From the NCBI GenBank assembly GCA_963730935.1, contig CAVSTP010000003.1, forward strand, positions 768,001 to 832,000: a stretch of 64,000 nucleotides of DNA, given 5' to 3'. This document shows, piece after piece, positions 16,771-25,925 of the stretch (position 1 is its first letter; each line of letters opens with the position of its first letter). A program made the position numbers and the translations under genes. The stretch comes from an uncultured Nitrospiraceae bacterium. GTDB taxonomy: Bacteria; Nitrospirota; Nitrospiria; Nitrospirales; Nitrospiraceae. The notes beneath the pieces are model-generated. The model made no database searches. It saw only the letters and a list, made by a program, of their open reading frames with translations, and was not told the DNA's origin.

Positions 16771-19700
16771 CTATCCAAGGGAGCCAGAGGAATTCTGTTT
16801 GCCGACAATGGCGACCAACGCCTGCCCATCGAAGATGGGAAGGATTCGGAAGGAGACGATTCCGCATTGTCTCAAGAGCGCCCCAAGACCCGCTTCATCG
16901 AATGTATGCAGGATGCCGTGACGGATCGCTTCTTGTAGCCGGGCAAAGTAGTGAAGCAGCGGTTGCGCTTGGGCACTGAACTCGTCCTGGTTGGCCTGCC
17001 GCAGATGCCGCCGATAGACAGGAGAAAGATCCGTGTTCGGATGGAAGACGGTGAGAATCAGGCGGCCATCGGGATGTAGCACGCGGTGCCATTCCTTGAG
17101 GGTGGCGAGCGGGGAAGGCACATAGGGGAGTGCAAAGTTGCAGACCAGCCGGCTCACAGAGCCGGTCTTAAACGGGAGCGCAGACCTCCGATCGGCCTGA
17201 AGCCAGGCGATGGCAAGCGGCGGCATGGCAGACAGCCGGCCGACAAAGCCCGTCGCGAGCTCGCGTTGCAGCACCAGCACCGCATGGCGGGCCTGCCCGA
17301 TCCGCTCCCGCGACCGTCCGACGCCGACCATCAGCGGCGAAGGCCGGTCAGTCCAACTGGCCTTGCCGGCGCGGTACGTGTGATTGACCAGCGCAGTGCG
17401 GGTCAAATCACTTTGGCCGACGCCCGCATCGACCAGCAAGGCACCCGGCTCGAGCGGGCTCATCAGGCCATAGAGATCATCCAGCAGTTTTCGGTACTCA
17501 TGCAGGTTGCCCAGATGCGGCAATTGCGCGAGATGGGCCGCACAGAGCGCCTCTCGGTTGATTTGCGAACCGTCATGCCGCAGGAAGTTGTATTCCTGCT
17601 CGATGCGGTGTTGTCGCGCGACATAGGGCTGTGCGGCGATTTCCTGTTGAGGTGACATGGTCTGCACCGAAATGACGGAACTGATCTGCTTGAGCAGCTG
17701 TGTGAAGGCGGCGGGTGGCGCTCCGTGGACGTCGAGATGCCGGTCAGTGACCGGAGAGGAAAGGTTCACCAGCCTCGTATGGGTGCCCAACGCGGTCATG
17801 AATGCGTGCGGCAGATCGGTAGGCGGTAAGGCGGTGGAGTCAGCGGGGCTTGTGGCAATGCAGAGCGGCGAGCGAATCAACCGGAGATCTTCCAGGGTCG
17901 ATTCGAGATCGGCACACCGGCCGGCGAGTAGATCGCTGACGAACTGATCCACGTTGACGTTCAAGCCCAGCAGGTTACAGACGCCGCGCCGCAACCCGAA
18001 CTGGTAGTCGGCGAGGAGATCATGTCCATGGACCGCCATGAGGAGGCTCGCCACATCGATGGCTGGATTCACCAACAGGAGCAAATCCAGGGGGCGCGTA
18101 TGAGCGGCGATCTTCAATGCAGCGCGGGCAGCCAGATCGCCGGCGATCACCACGATCGGCGCTTGCGGCCAGGTGTGCCGTACAAACTCCAACACTTTTT
18201 CGAGATCATGCTGCATGCTGCGCAATGTTGTCTGTTGGAGTTCGCCCTCGCTGTTCCCGAGGTGATTGGTCGGATCGTAACGAAGCACGCGGAACCGATG
18301 TTGGGCCAAGTAGTAGCTGAAGGCCATATAGTCCGAGGCCGTTTGCCCATACCCCGGGGCAATGATGATCGTGGGGCAGTTGGGATCGGATAATTGACTG
18401 AGATGGTCGTCCGTGATCGCGATGGTCTGACCACGAGCGTTACGGCATTCGCGTGGCAGGCTGATCACCGGCGCCGCCGTTGAAAACGCTTCGCCGGATC
18501 GCTGGGCGCGGAGATGTTGTCTGATGACTCGGTTCAGCTCGCGCTCGGCATAGGGGGTCAGCGGCTCAAACCGGAGTCCTGCCCGTACCGCACTGGCCTG
18601 GTCCGCCGTATGGAATGCGCTAGGCGCCGTCGGATCGGCTGCCGTCCAGACGACACGCGCTGCGAGCGTGGTATCCGGCGCTCCCGGCTCATGTGACCCT
18701 GGCTCGCTGCGATGGGCGGGGGCGAAGTGAATTTCGACGCGTTCTCTCAGCGCCTCGGACCGTTCCCGCGTCAGGATGCATGCGCCGGAGCGGCTGAGAT
18801 TCATCACCTGTGCCTGAAGGCGAGTGCCGGCTTCCTGCTGGGAAGTCGTCTCCAGGCGGGCGGGTAAGGCCGTCGATACGCGAACTGTTTCCCGGCGGTC
18901 ATATTCGGCGAGCTCGAAAGAAAGGGGCCGATCAGTCTGCGGCAGAGTGACCGGGGTGGGGAGGTGGATGTCCAGTGTGAAGGCAAGTGCTCGCTCATGA
19001 GCGGCCGCGATGAGCGAGGCAAGGACTGCCGTCTCCGTCTGATTCGGCCCAGTAAATTGCACGATAAGTTGAATGTCCGGCTGAATCGACAGCTGGATCC
19101 CTGACGCTGCGGCGGTCCGTGTATGAGCCTGACCGCCAAGCTCCAATGTGGCGACAGCAGTCGTGATCCGGATGACCGCTTCCTGGGATGAGAGAGGTGG
19201 AAAGTCACCCTGTACTCGTATCCCAGCTCCACTCACACTGACGTTCATGACCGTTCCTTCCCAGACGGACGATCCTCTGGTGATCTTTGCCGGCAACGCC
19301 GTCTGGATCCGTGCGTTGCTGCGGCGCTCGGTGCGCGCGGTAGTGGCCAGGTCCTGGTCCGCCGAAGGGCTCACGGATGACGGCGCTTCGGCGGTTCGCT
19401 CGATGGCCGCCGCGTCAATAACCTGCGGCTGAAGGGATGCAGGAGCGTGCCCCGTCGGGAGGCGGACGATCATGCGAAACGGCCCTGAGGCCGGCGCGGA
19501 CACATCGAGCGTTGCTCCGAGCGCTCCGGCCAGTCGGTAAAGGCTGTGGACATCAAGGGTGTCGGTCAACGAAGGCAGGATGCGGCCTGAGGGGTTCACG
19601 GCCTCGGTTTCAGTGATGTCCAGATGGATGTGCGTGGCGGAAGCCACGGGAAACAGTGTGGGTGTGTCAGCCGAATCGCCCGTTTTGATGGAGAGGAGAT

Positions 19701-20955
19701 GAGGCCGAGCGACCGTTGCCAGATACGCGCCTGCATAGGCCAGCAACTGTCGGAATAAGCGGGCGGTGGTCTCGCGATCGCCGCTGTAGTCGGGAAGGGC
19801 CGAGGTGAAATCTGTCGTGAAGCCGCTCGATCCGGCGGCCGTCGATGCCGATTGTAACACCTCGTCGAGAAGGCGATTGATGATGTGCGCGGTTCCCGCC
19901 GGACGGGCCAGGCGCATCAATTGCTGAACCAGTTCTGCCGAGGCCGTGGCCTGGCCACGTAACGCTTGGAGACGGTCGAGGATGCGGGATTCGAGGAGCG
20001 TATCGGCGAGTTGCTGTGATTCGTGCACGAGAGTGGAGAGCGGCTGCTCGAGCTCCTGCGAGAGTTCAGCCATCTGCCGAATGACGGTCTGGAGTTCTTC
20101 TGCTCGCTGCCGCTGCTCGATGAATGCCTGCTGAGCGGTCTGCTCTTTTCTGCGGTGAGACACGTCTCGAATGATGCCGATGGTGCCGAGGAAGCGCCGC
20201 GACGCGTCGTACAATCCACGCGCAGTGACGGAGGCGAGCATGTGGCCCATGCCCTCGGCCGTCTTTCCTTGAAGTGTCACTTCAAATTCACTGACCGCCC
20301 GGTCGCCGGCGCGCCGCTCGTTGAAGCGAAAGTGTGCAAGCCGTTGCTCGGCCTCGGAAAACAACGTGGAGTATGAACGGCCGATCAGTTCTTCCGATCG
20401 GTAGCCCAGCGATGCCGGCAGATTGCGGCTCAGCGAGAGAAACCGTCCATCGGCGTCGAGTTCGTACAGGACATCCCCCAGGGAGTCGACGACCCAGGAA
20501 TGCCGGCGCTCCGCGCGTTCCGCCGCCAACCTGCTCTCACGTCTGTCGATGGCCTCCCTCGTGCAAAACAAGAGCTCGGTCAAAAACGCCGGAGAGTGTT
20601 TGTAAAGGAACAGGTCTGCGCCCATCTGAAGCGCCTCGAGCGCCGCCCCGGAATCGGTTCGGGACGTCTGTAAGATGATTGAGGCGTAGGGCATCCGATG
20701 CTTGAGGGCAGAGATGAAAGTTGAAGGCGGATCGGGCAGGGAGCTCTCGTCGACGAGTGCCATGGCCCACGCTTGCGCCGGGGCCTGAATCATTCGGTCG
20801 GCCTCCTCGGCGGAATAGGCGACTTCGATGCGGACGTCGGCAAAGAACCCGCGCAGGCTGATAGTGACGAGTTTGATCTCTTCGGCGTTCTCGTTGACGA
20901 GAAGGATGGTTATGGGTTCGCTCTGCGGCATCGGACCGGTATCCAAAGGAAACAC
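16771..20955 (-). CDS. Multidomain signalling protein: REC-PAS-pseudo-HisKA/HATPase-PilZ-PilZ-LuxD-like alpha/beta hydrolase-SAM methyltransferase
   Basis: PAS (DVLYELDADGRF...GTIGIIRDVS); SQELEQPL (H-box lacking His); ERRSNAR/NVSVSG and DRRETVR/NLSRSG (PilZ); IIIAPGYG...VLRYDPTNHLGNSEG (LuxD-like); VDAGVG, LPF...HRVLHPDGRL (methyltransferase). Confidence 0.8.
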   Translation of the reverse strand: MFPLDTGPMPQSEPITILLVNENAEEIKLVTISLRGFFADVRIEVAYSAEEADRMIQAPAQAWAMALVDESSLPDPPSTFISALKHRMPYASIILQTSRTDSGAALEALQMGADLFLYKHSPAFLTELLFCTREAIDRRESRLAAERAERRHSWVVDSLGDVLYELDADGRFLSLSRNLPASLGYRSEELIGRSYSTLFSEAEQRLAHFRFNERRAGDRAVSEFEVTLQGKTAEGMGHMLASVTARGLYDASRRFLGTIGIIRDVSHRRKEQTAQQAFIEQRQRAEELQTVIRQMAELSQELEQPLSTLVHESQQLADTLLESRILDRLQALRGQATASAELVQQLMRLARPAGTAHIINRLLDEVLQSASTAAGSSGFTTDFTSALPDYSGDRETTARLFRQLLAYAGAYLATVARPHLLSIKTGDSADTPTLFPVASATHIHLDITETEAVNPSGRILPSLTDTLDVHSLYRLAGALGATLDVSAPASGPFRMIVRLPTGHAPASLQPQVIDAAAIERTAEAPSSVSPSADQDLATTARTERRSNARIQTALPAKITRGSSVWEGTVMNVSVSGAGIRVQGDFPPLSSQEAVIRITTAVATLELGGQAHTRTAAASGIQLSIQPDIQLIVQFTGPNQTETAVLASLIAAAHERALAFTLDIHLPTPVTLPQTDRPLSFELAEYDRRETVRVSTALPARLETTSQQEAGTRLQAQVMNLSRSGACILTRERSEALRERVEIHFAPAHRSEPGSHEPGAPDTTLAARVVWTAADPTAPSAFHTADQASAVRAGLRFEPLTPYAERELNRVIRQHLRAQRSGEAFSTAAPVISLPRECRNARGQTIAITDDHLSQLSDPNCPTIIIAPGYGQTASDYMAFSYYLAQHRFRVLRYDPTNHLGNSEGELQQTTLRSMQHDLEKVLEFVRHTWPQAPIVVIAGDLAARAALKIAAHTRPLDLLLLVNPAIDVASLLMAVHGHDLLADYQFGLRRGVCNLLGLNVNVDQFVSDLLAGRCADLESTLEDLRLIRSPLCIATSPADSTALPPTDLPHAFMTALGTHTRLVNLSSPVTDRHLDVHGAPPAAFTQLLKQISSVISVQTMSPQQEIAAQPYVARQHRIEQEYNFLRHDGSQINREALCAAHLAQLPHLGNLHEYRKLLDDLYGLMSPLEPGALLVDAGVGQSDLTRTALVNHTYRAGKASWTDRPSPLMVGVGRSRERIGQARHAVLVLQRELATGFVGRLSAMPPLAIAWLQADRRSALPFKTGSVSRLVCNFALPYVPSPLATLKEWHRVLHPDGRLILTVFHPNTDLSPVYRRHLRQANQDEFSAQAQPLLHYFARLQEAIRHGILHTFDEAGLGALLRQCGIVSFRILPIFDGQALVAIVGKQNSSGSLG

Positions 20956-21075
20956 GGTTCCAGAGCGAGAGAAGTCACCATCCCGCGCCTCAACAAGTCG
21001 GACGGAACGGTCCCAGGCGTGGGTAGACGAATATCTACTGCTCGGGTCGGTAAGTGATTAGCACAGGTGTGCGCA

Positions 21076-21160
21076 AGAAACCCAGCCTGGCTCTGGGGGA
21101 AAGAGCTCCTACTTTCGTAGGGGACTGGGTGGCGTCCCGAAGGAAGTGCACCGGGTTTCT
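21076..21160 (-). other. Structured element: 10-bp closing stem plus three hairpins (four-way junction)
   Basis: Minus strand AGAAACCCGG/CTGGGTTTCT, GGAC/GTCC, CCTAC-GAAA-GTAGG, GCTCT/AGAGC. Confidence 0.55.
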
Positions 21161-21170
21161 CGTTAGACGG

Positions 21171-22166
21171 CTACCGGACGCTCGCCGTGGCGGGGGACGG
21201 ACAGGTTCCCGGAGTCATGTACAACAGGTAATTGCCCATGCCGTGCTGCGGATCCTGTTTCTGCAGGGGATGATGATGCACCATCACCATCTCGTAGTCG
21301 TCGTCCTTGGTGACAGGAAACCCTTGGGCGTCTTTGTAGACCTGATGCGGTTGAAACTCGAGGAAGGTGCCGTCGCGCATGACGTCCGGCACAGTGCGTA
21401 GGAGCGTCTGGTGTTTCGTCTTGTTCTCGAGCGCGATGAGCAGCAGCTCGTCGTGGCCGTGCGGATAGGCGAATTTCACGCAGCCATCCATGGCGAACTT
21501 CAATGGTGCGGTGTGGACCTGAACACCCGGCTTGATTTCGATGCCTTCGTCGGTCTGGTCCGGGCCACGCTGCGCGAATTTGCTGTAACACACGACGTTG
21601 ACGCCCACCTGGTAGACGTCCATCTCCTTCACCGGTTGATCCTCGGGCGCCATGTACATAGTGAAACTGGCCATCACATGCTTGGTCGGAGGCGCCTTAT
21701 GATAGAACGCCACGACCGACATCAGGTGTTGACCCTTGGCAAGCTTCACGCCGTAGCCTTCCGGGAATTTCGCTTCCGTCATCTCCAGTCCCGCTCCACC
21801 GAAAAACAGCGGCTCGCCGGGACAGGACACGCTGGGCTTGTCGTTGTTGAGCATGAGAATATGGTGCAGATAATTCCGGGGAAGCGCCTTCCCTTCCTGA
21901 GTGAACACCGCGGATTTGAAGCCCACCATATACATGTCTTTTGGAAGTTGGAAAATGTGCTTGGGCATCGAGGCGGCCAGGTCGCCTTCATGGCCTGAGG
22001 GAAGATCGATCGGTCCGAACGTCAGGGTGACGGCATTGTCTTTGATCGTGACGACGGTAGTAATCTGATTCTTCAGTGTCGGTACCGCATGGTGAGCATG
22101 GCCGCCGTCGGCAGAGACCGTAGAAGGCCACAGCCAGAGGGCTGCGAGAAGCACGATCCAACGCAT
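21171..22166 (-). CDS. Exported protein resembling copper type II ascorbate-dependent monooxygenases (PHM/DBH fold)
   Basis: Signal peptide MRWIVLLAALWLWPSTVSA after RBS GGAGGA; motifs YLHHILML, FPEGYGVKL, FAYPHGH, HGMGNYLLY. Confidence 0.6.
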   Translation of the reverse strand: MRWIVLLAALWLWPSTVSADGGHAHHAVPTLKNQITTVVTIKDNAVTLTFGPIDLPSGHEGDLAASMPKHIFQLPKDMYMVGFKSAVFTQEGKALPRNYLHHILMLNNDKPSVSCPGEPLFFGGAGLEMTEAKFPEGYGVKLAKGQHLMSVVAFYHKAPPTKHVMASFTMYMAPEDQPVKEMDVYQVGVNVVCYSKFAQRGPDQTDEGIEIKPGVQVHTAPLKFAMDGCVKFAYPHGHDELLLIALENKTKHQTLLRTVPDVMRDGTFLEFQPHQVYKDAQGFPVTKDDDYEMVMVHHHPLQKQDPQHGMGNYLLYMTPGTCPSPATASVR

Positions 22167-22262
22167 AGTTCCTCCAAAACGACGTGAGTTCATCGAAGCT
22201 TGACATCTCGAGCGTTTAGCATGCGCCGCCTGTGCCTGAGCAGTCTGTTCAATTCTGATCAA

Positions 22263-23162
22263 TCACGGGGCTACGGGCACCGGCGTGATCCGCTTCCATT
22301 GATAGGTGCCGCCGTGTTCGCGCGGCGGGATGTTCTTATGGTTGCCGACTCTGGTGTACCACCAGACGCCTTTGGCTTCTTTCCCGTCCTCTGAAAGCAG
22401 GACCTCGAAGCCGCCTTCGCGATCGTTGCCCGGCTGTTGCCAGGTTCCCTGCCATAGACGATTAGTGAACTGTGTGGTGACGAAGCGGCCGCCGTGCTGC
22501 GTATAGGGACCATTGCCGCCTTTGTCCAACGTCGCCCGATAGCGCTTATCGTCCTCTACCTCAAGGATTTCCCATTCTCCGCTCAAGTCGGGTGCGACCT
22601 GAGCTGTGGCTGACGCCGTCAACGTGAGCGCTGGCGGCGATGGCTGTCGATCGTTCAGTGTCACCGCGCTTCCTGCATTGCGAAACGACTCGTGCCAGGA
22701 CAGGAGGACCCACTGTCCGTCCCTACGCTCCAAGACGCCGGTTTCGCGCAGCGGAAGCAGCGCCCGCTGGGGGTCGTTGCCATCGGTCACGGTTCGAATG
22801 TAGTCGAGCTCCATGGCGTACCAGGCGAGGTCGCCTTTGGTCCACACCTTCAACTCCCGGATGGAAATCTCAATGGTGGCCGCTGAATCGAATTCCTCCC
22901 GTAGATCCTGCTCAAGACGCGACCAGCCGACGTATTTTCTGCCTCCTATCGTGTAGCTGGTGATGTCCGCGTCGTGCGCCATCATCCGCGACATCGTCCG
23001 CATGTCCTTCTCGACATTGGCCCGTATGAGGGCACGCACGGCGGCTTCCGCACTCTGGTCGTCGGAGGCGAGGCTCACACAGGCCGGTGCCGCCAGGGCC
23101 GTTACGCAGAGGACCCAGCAGACAAGGGAACCTCGAATTAACAACATCTTAGATCGCTCCAA
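22263..23162 (-). CDS. Exported SnoaL/NTF2-like domain protein with a C-terminal beta-rich domain
   Basis: Signal peptide; GW..L, RETGVLERRDGQWVLLSWHES; second domain starts DLSGEW. Confidence 0.7.
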   Translation of the reverse strand: MERSKMLLIRGSLVCWVLCVTALAAPACVSLASDDQSAEAAVRALIRANVEKDMRTMSRMMAHDADITSYTIGGRKYVGWSRLEQDLREEFDSAATIEISIRELKVWTKGDLAWYAMELDYIRTVTDGNDPQRALLPLRETGVLERRDGQWVLLSWHESFRNAGSAVTLNDRQPSPPALTLTASATAQVAPDLSGEWEILEVEDDKRYRATLDKGGNGPYTQHGGRFVTTQFTNRLWQGTWQQPGNDREGGFEVLLSEDGKEAKGVWWYTRVGNHKNIPPREHGGTYQWKRITPVPVAP

Positions 23163-23214
23163 CTAGTCGATATCACGGATGGCGCGCGAAGGAGTGTGTG
23201 GCTAGATTCTGAGG

Positions 23215-24024
23215 CTACATTGGCGGTAGGGTCTTGTCAATGGCCAGACTTCCGACTTTCCCAGGCGTCGTGTACGCGCAGACGATGACGGTCACATTGT
23301 CTTCGCCTCCCCGAGCCAAAGCCTCTTCCACCAGGTCGTGACATGCGCGTCGGGGATTGCGTTGTGTTTGCGCGAGGATGGACGCTATGTCCGCATCATC
23401 GAGCATTTTCGTAAGTCCGTCGCTACAGAGCATCAGGACATCATCGTCCGTCAGCGCCGTCGAAGTGACCTCCGGCGTCATGTCGAGTCCCATCCCCAGC
23501 CCTTTGGCGAGCACGTGCCGATCCGGATAGGCGCGGGCTGTCGCGTCGTTGATCAAACCGCGCTCGAGCAAGAGGGCGACCAGCGTGTGATCGCGGGTGA
23601 GCTGGGTGAGGGTGCCGGCATGAAACCGATACGCGCGACTGTCCCCCAAGTGGGCAATGTGGGCCACCGGCGGAGACGTCGGCGCAATGGTCATGGCGAC
23701 GATTGTCGTGCCCATGCCCTTGAGGGCCGGCTCGTCCCGTATTTTCTCATGAATGGCGCGATTGGCCTCCGTAATCGTTTCGGCCAGGTGTTTCTCCAGG
23801 ACCTCCGGTGCCTGGTCCTTCGCGGCAAGCACCGCCTTCGCCCGTTGCGTGGCCACGTGAACCGCGAGATGAGCGGCCACGTCTCCGGCAGGATGCCCCC
23901 CCATCCCGTCGGCGACGATCCAGAAATTGCAGCTGTTGATCGCGGCGAAGACGTCCTGGTTCATGCTGCGCACATACCCGGTTTCCGTTCGGCCGACGCC
24001 CAACCATCGCGGAGATTTTTTCAT
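23215..24024 (-). CDS. PP2C-family Ser/Thr protein phosphatase
   Basis: R.NQD, VADGMGGH, GMGTT, HLGDSRAY, CSDGL, GGEDNVT. Confidence 0.93.
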   Translation of the reverse strand: MKKSPRWLGVGRTETGYVRSMNQDVFAAINSCNFWIVADGMGGHPAGDVAAHLAVHVATQRAKAVLAAKDQAPEVLEKHLAETITEANRAIHEKIRDEPALKGMGTTIVAMTIAPTSPPVAHIAHLGDSRAYRFHAGTLTQLTRDHTLVALLLERGLINDATARAYPDRHVLAKGLGMGLDMTPEVTSTALTDDDVLMLCSDGLTKMLDDADIASILAQTQRNPRRACHDLVEEALARGGEDNVTVIVCAYTTPGKVGSLAIDKTLPPM

Positions 24025-24827
24025 GGGGTCACCGCTCCGCCGATCGGCGCAGGCCGATCAGCGGGGCCCACCGAAGCCGGGCCGTAACGCCCCGCCATCT
24101 GCTGGAATAGAAGTTCGGCCAAAGGTTCCAGGTTTCGGGCATCGGCGGCATTGTAGCGCAGCAGGAGATCGAGCGCTGCATCCTCGCCGCCCCGCCATCG
24201 ATGCCAGAGACGGACCGCATCCCAGCCATCCAGGCCTTCGATGGTCTCCTCCCGGTGGATCTGCAGCTCACGCTCGATGAACTTTAATCCGCCTTGCAGT
24301 CCCAGTCGACGGGCGGCGAAGCACAAATCGAAATGCGGCTTGTTGAAATTCAATCGGGGAAACGCCGCTTGGAGATAGGGAATGTCGAAGACGCTGCCGA
24401 AAAACGTGACGAGCAGATCGGTCTGCTCGAGGGCCTCGCGCAGGCGGTCTTCGGTCAGATTTTCGCCGCGGACCAGACTCTCCATGCGTCCGTTCCGATA
24501 CAGCCCCACCACGGTCACGAATCCCTCGCGGGCAGAGTGGCCCGTGGTTTCGATGTCGAGATACAACGCGCGATGACGGAAGGTGTCGAACAGGCGCCAA
24601 TGGTCGCTGCCCTTGAGGCACGTTCGGAAGAAATCCACCCCGCCGACCGCCAAGCGTGATTGTGCCGTGGCGAGCGCGTCGTCATACCAACATTTTCTCA
24701 TTGAGGAAATGTAGGGAATCACTGGTCGGTTGAGAAAGGCGGACCAATCGGCGATGCCATCCTGCCACAGCCGTCGTTCGGTTGCAGGACCGATTCCTTT
24801 GAGAAGAACGAAGGTGGAGGTCAGCAT
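24021..24827 (-). CDS. RNase H-like (YprB/RNase_H_2) exonuclease-family protein
   Basis: GIGPATE HhH-like start, YLDIETTG, FDIPYL, HFDL, GGLK, RYNAAD. Confidence 0.85.
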   Translation of the reverse strand: MLTSTFVLLKGIGPATERRLWQDGIADWSAFLNRPVIPYISSMRKCWYDDALATAQSRLAVGGVDFFRTCLKGSDHWRLFDTFRHRALYLDIETTGHSAREGFVTVVGLYRNGRMESLVRGENLTEDRLREALEQTDLLVTFFGSVFDIPYLQAAFPRLNFNKPHFDLCFAARRLGLQGGLKFIERELQIHREETIEGLDGWDAVRLWHRWRGGEDAALDLLLRYNAADARNLEPLAELLFQQMAGRYGPASVGPADRPAPIGGAVTP

Positions 24828-24881
24828 CGTGACAGCTGATTGTAGCCTTGATTTCACCGGTTAAACAAGCTAGAGTCCGCG

Positions 24882-25310
24882 ATGGGAGCGGGTTTTGTCT
24901 CGTTGCAGAAAGAGAGCGTTCCGTCGTTGGCTGACCCGGTCAGGAAAATTCGCATCACGGTCGGAGCCGTGCAAGTGGAAGCTGAGCTGAAAGGCAATAA
25001 AACGGCTCAGGAGGTATACGCGGCGCTCCCTGTGGAAGCTCCGGTGAATACCTGGGGTGAAGAGTTCTATTTCAGGCTCGACGGCGTCAAGGATTACCGG
25101 GAGACGGCAACCAATCAGGTGAAGATCGGTGATGTTGCCTTCTGGGGGGCGGGGCAGGTGTTGGCCATTTTTTTCGGGCGCACGCCGATGAGCATGGGAC
25201 CCGACCCTGTTCCGGCGGACCGCGTCAATGTCATCGGCCGCATCTCGGGCGATCCCACGGTCCTGCGGCGGGTAATGGAAGCGCCGCGGATTCGGGTCGA
25301 ACGGGTCTGA
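24882..25310 (+). CDS. Cyclophilin-like fold protein (DUF369-type)
   Basis: NTWGEEFYF, GDVAFW, LAIFFGRTP, VNVIGRI; start uncertain. Confidence 0.75.
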   Translation: MGAGFVSLQKESVPSLADPVRKIRITVGAVQVEAELKGNKTAQEVYAALPVEAPVNTWGEEFYFRLDGVKDYRETATNQVKIGDVAFWGAGQVLAIFFGRTPMSMGPDPVPADRVNVIGRISGDPTVLRRVMEAPRIRVERV

Positions 25311-25313
25311 GCG

Positions 25314-25595
25314 ATGCGGCTGTCCAAGGAGCGGGTCAGGCATATGGCTGAAGCCCTGGTGGCGCGGTTGGTCCAAGAAGGTCATATCTCGCTGACGGGA
25401 ACGCCGAAGGCGTTTGTGGAGGCGCTGAATCAGACTGTCACCGACGAGTTATCGATAGAGGACCGGTTGAACGGCGAGGTCCGCCAATTGCTCAAGGCCT
25501 ACGAACGTGAGATTGAAGCTGGTCAGGTCGATTATCAGAAGATGTTCACGATGATCAAGCAGAAACTGGTCCGTGAAAGAGGCATCATTTTGTAA
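25314..25595 (+). CDS. DUF507 family protein
   Basis: MRLSKERV...DYQKMFTMIKQKLVRERGIIL. Confidence 0.8.
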   Translation: MRLSKERVRHMAEALVARLVQEGHISLTGTPKAFVEALNQTVTDELSIEDRLNGEVRQLLKAYEREIEAGQVDYQKMFTMIKQKLVRERGIIL

Positions 25596-25624
25596 GAGTG
25601 GATCATACGAGCGACGAACCACAG

Positions 25625-25897
25625 ATGCTTTCCGAAGACAAGGTCAGCCACCTCTCGCATGTCATCCTCATGGTGGTGAAGAAAAGCCCGCTGGTCCAGG
25701 TGAAAACCGAGGATGGACGGATCTTAAAAGAGATCAAGCGGGTGCTTGCCGGCGAGCTGGCGCAAGAACAGGACATCGATCGAAAGGTCCGTGCCAAGCT
25801 GGGGTCATACTCTCGCGGAATCGTGGAGGGCAGTCCGGAATGGGAGGTCCTGTATCGTAAGACGTTTGAGGAAGAATCCAGGAAGCATGCGAAGTGA
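25625..25897 (+). CDS. DUF507 family protein (second paralog)
   Basis: MLSEDKVSHLSH...SYSRGIVEGSPEWEVLYRK. Confidence 0.8.
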   Translation: MLSEDKVSHLSHVILMVVKKSPLVQVKTEDGRILKEIKRVLAGELAQEQDIDRKVRAKLGSYSRGIVEGSPEWEVLYRKTFEEESRKHAK

Positions 25898-25925
25898 CGA
25901 GTTGACTGTTGCAGGGAGGAACAAC

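Noticed and set aside
21076..21160. Cloverleaf-like structure as a tRNA, hammerhead ribozyme or c-di-GMP-I riboswitch
   Set aside because: No TTC T-loop, 7-nt anticodon arm context or CCA; no CTGATGA core; no GGCAAACC/GACGCAAAG consensus. Kept only as an unclassified structure.
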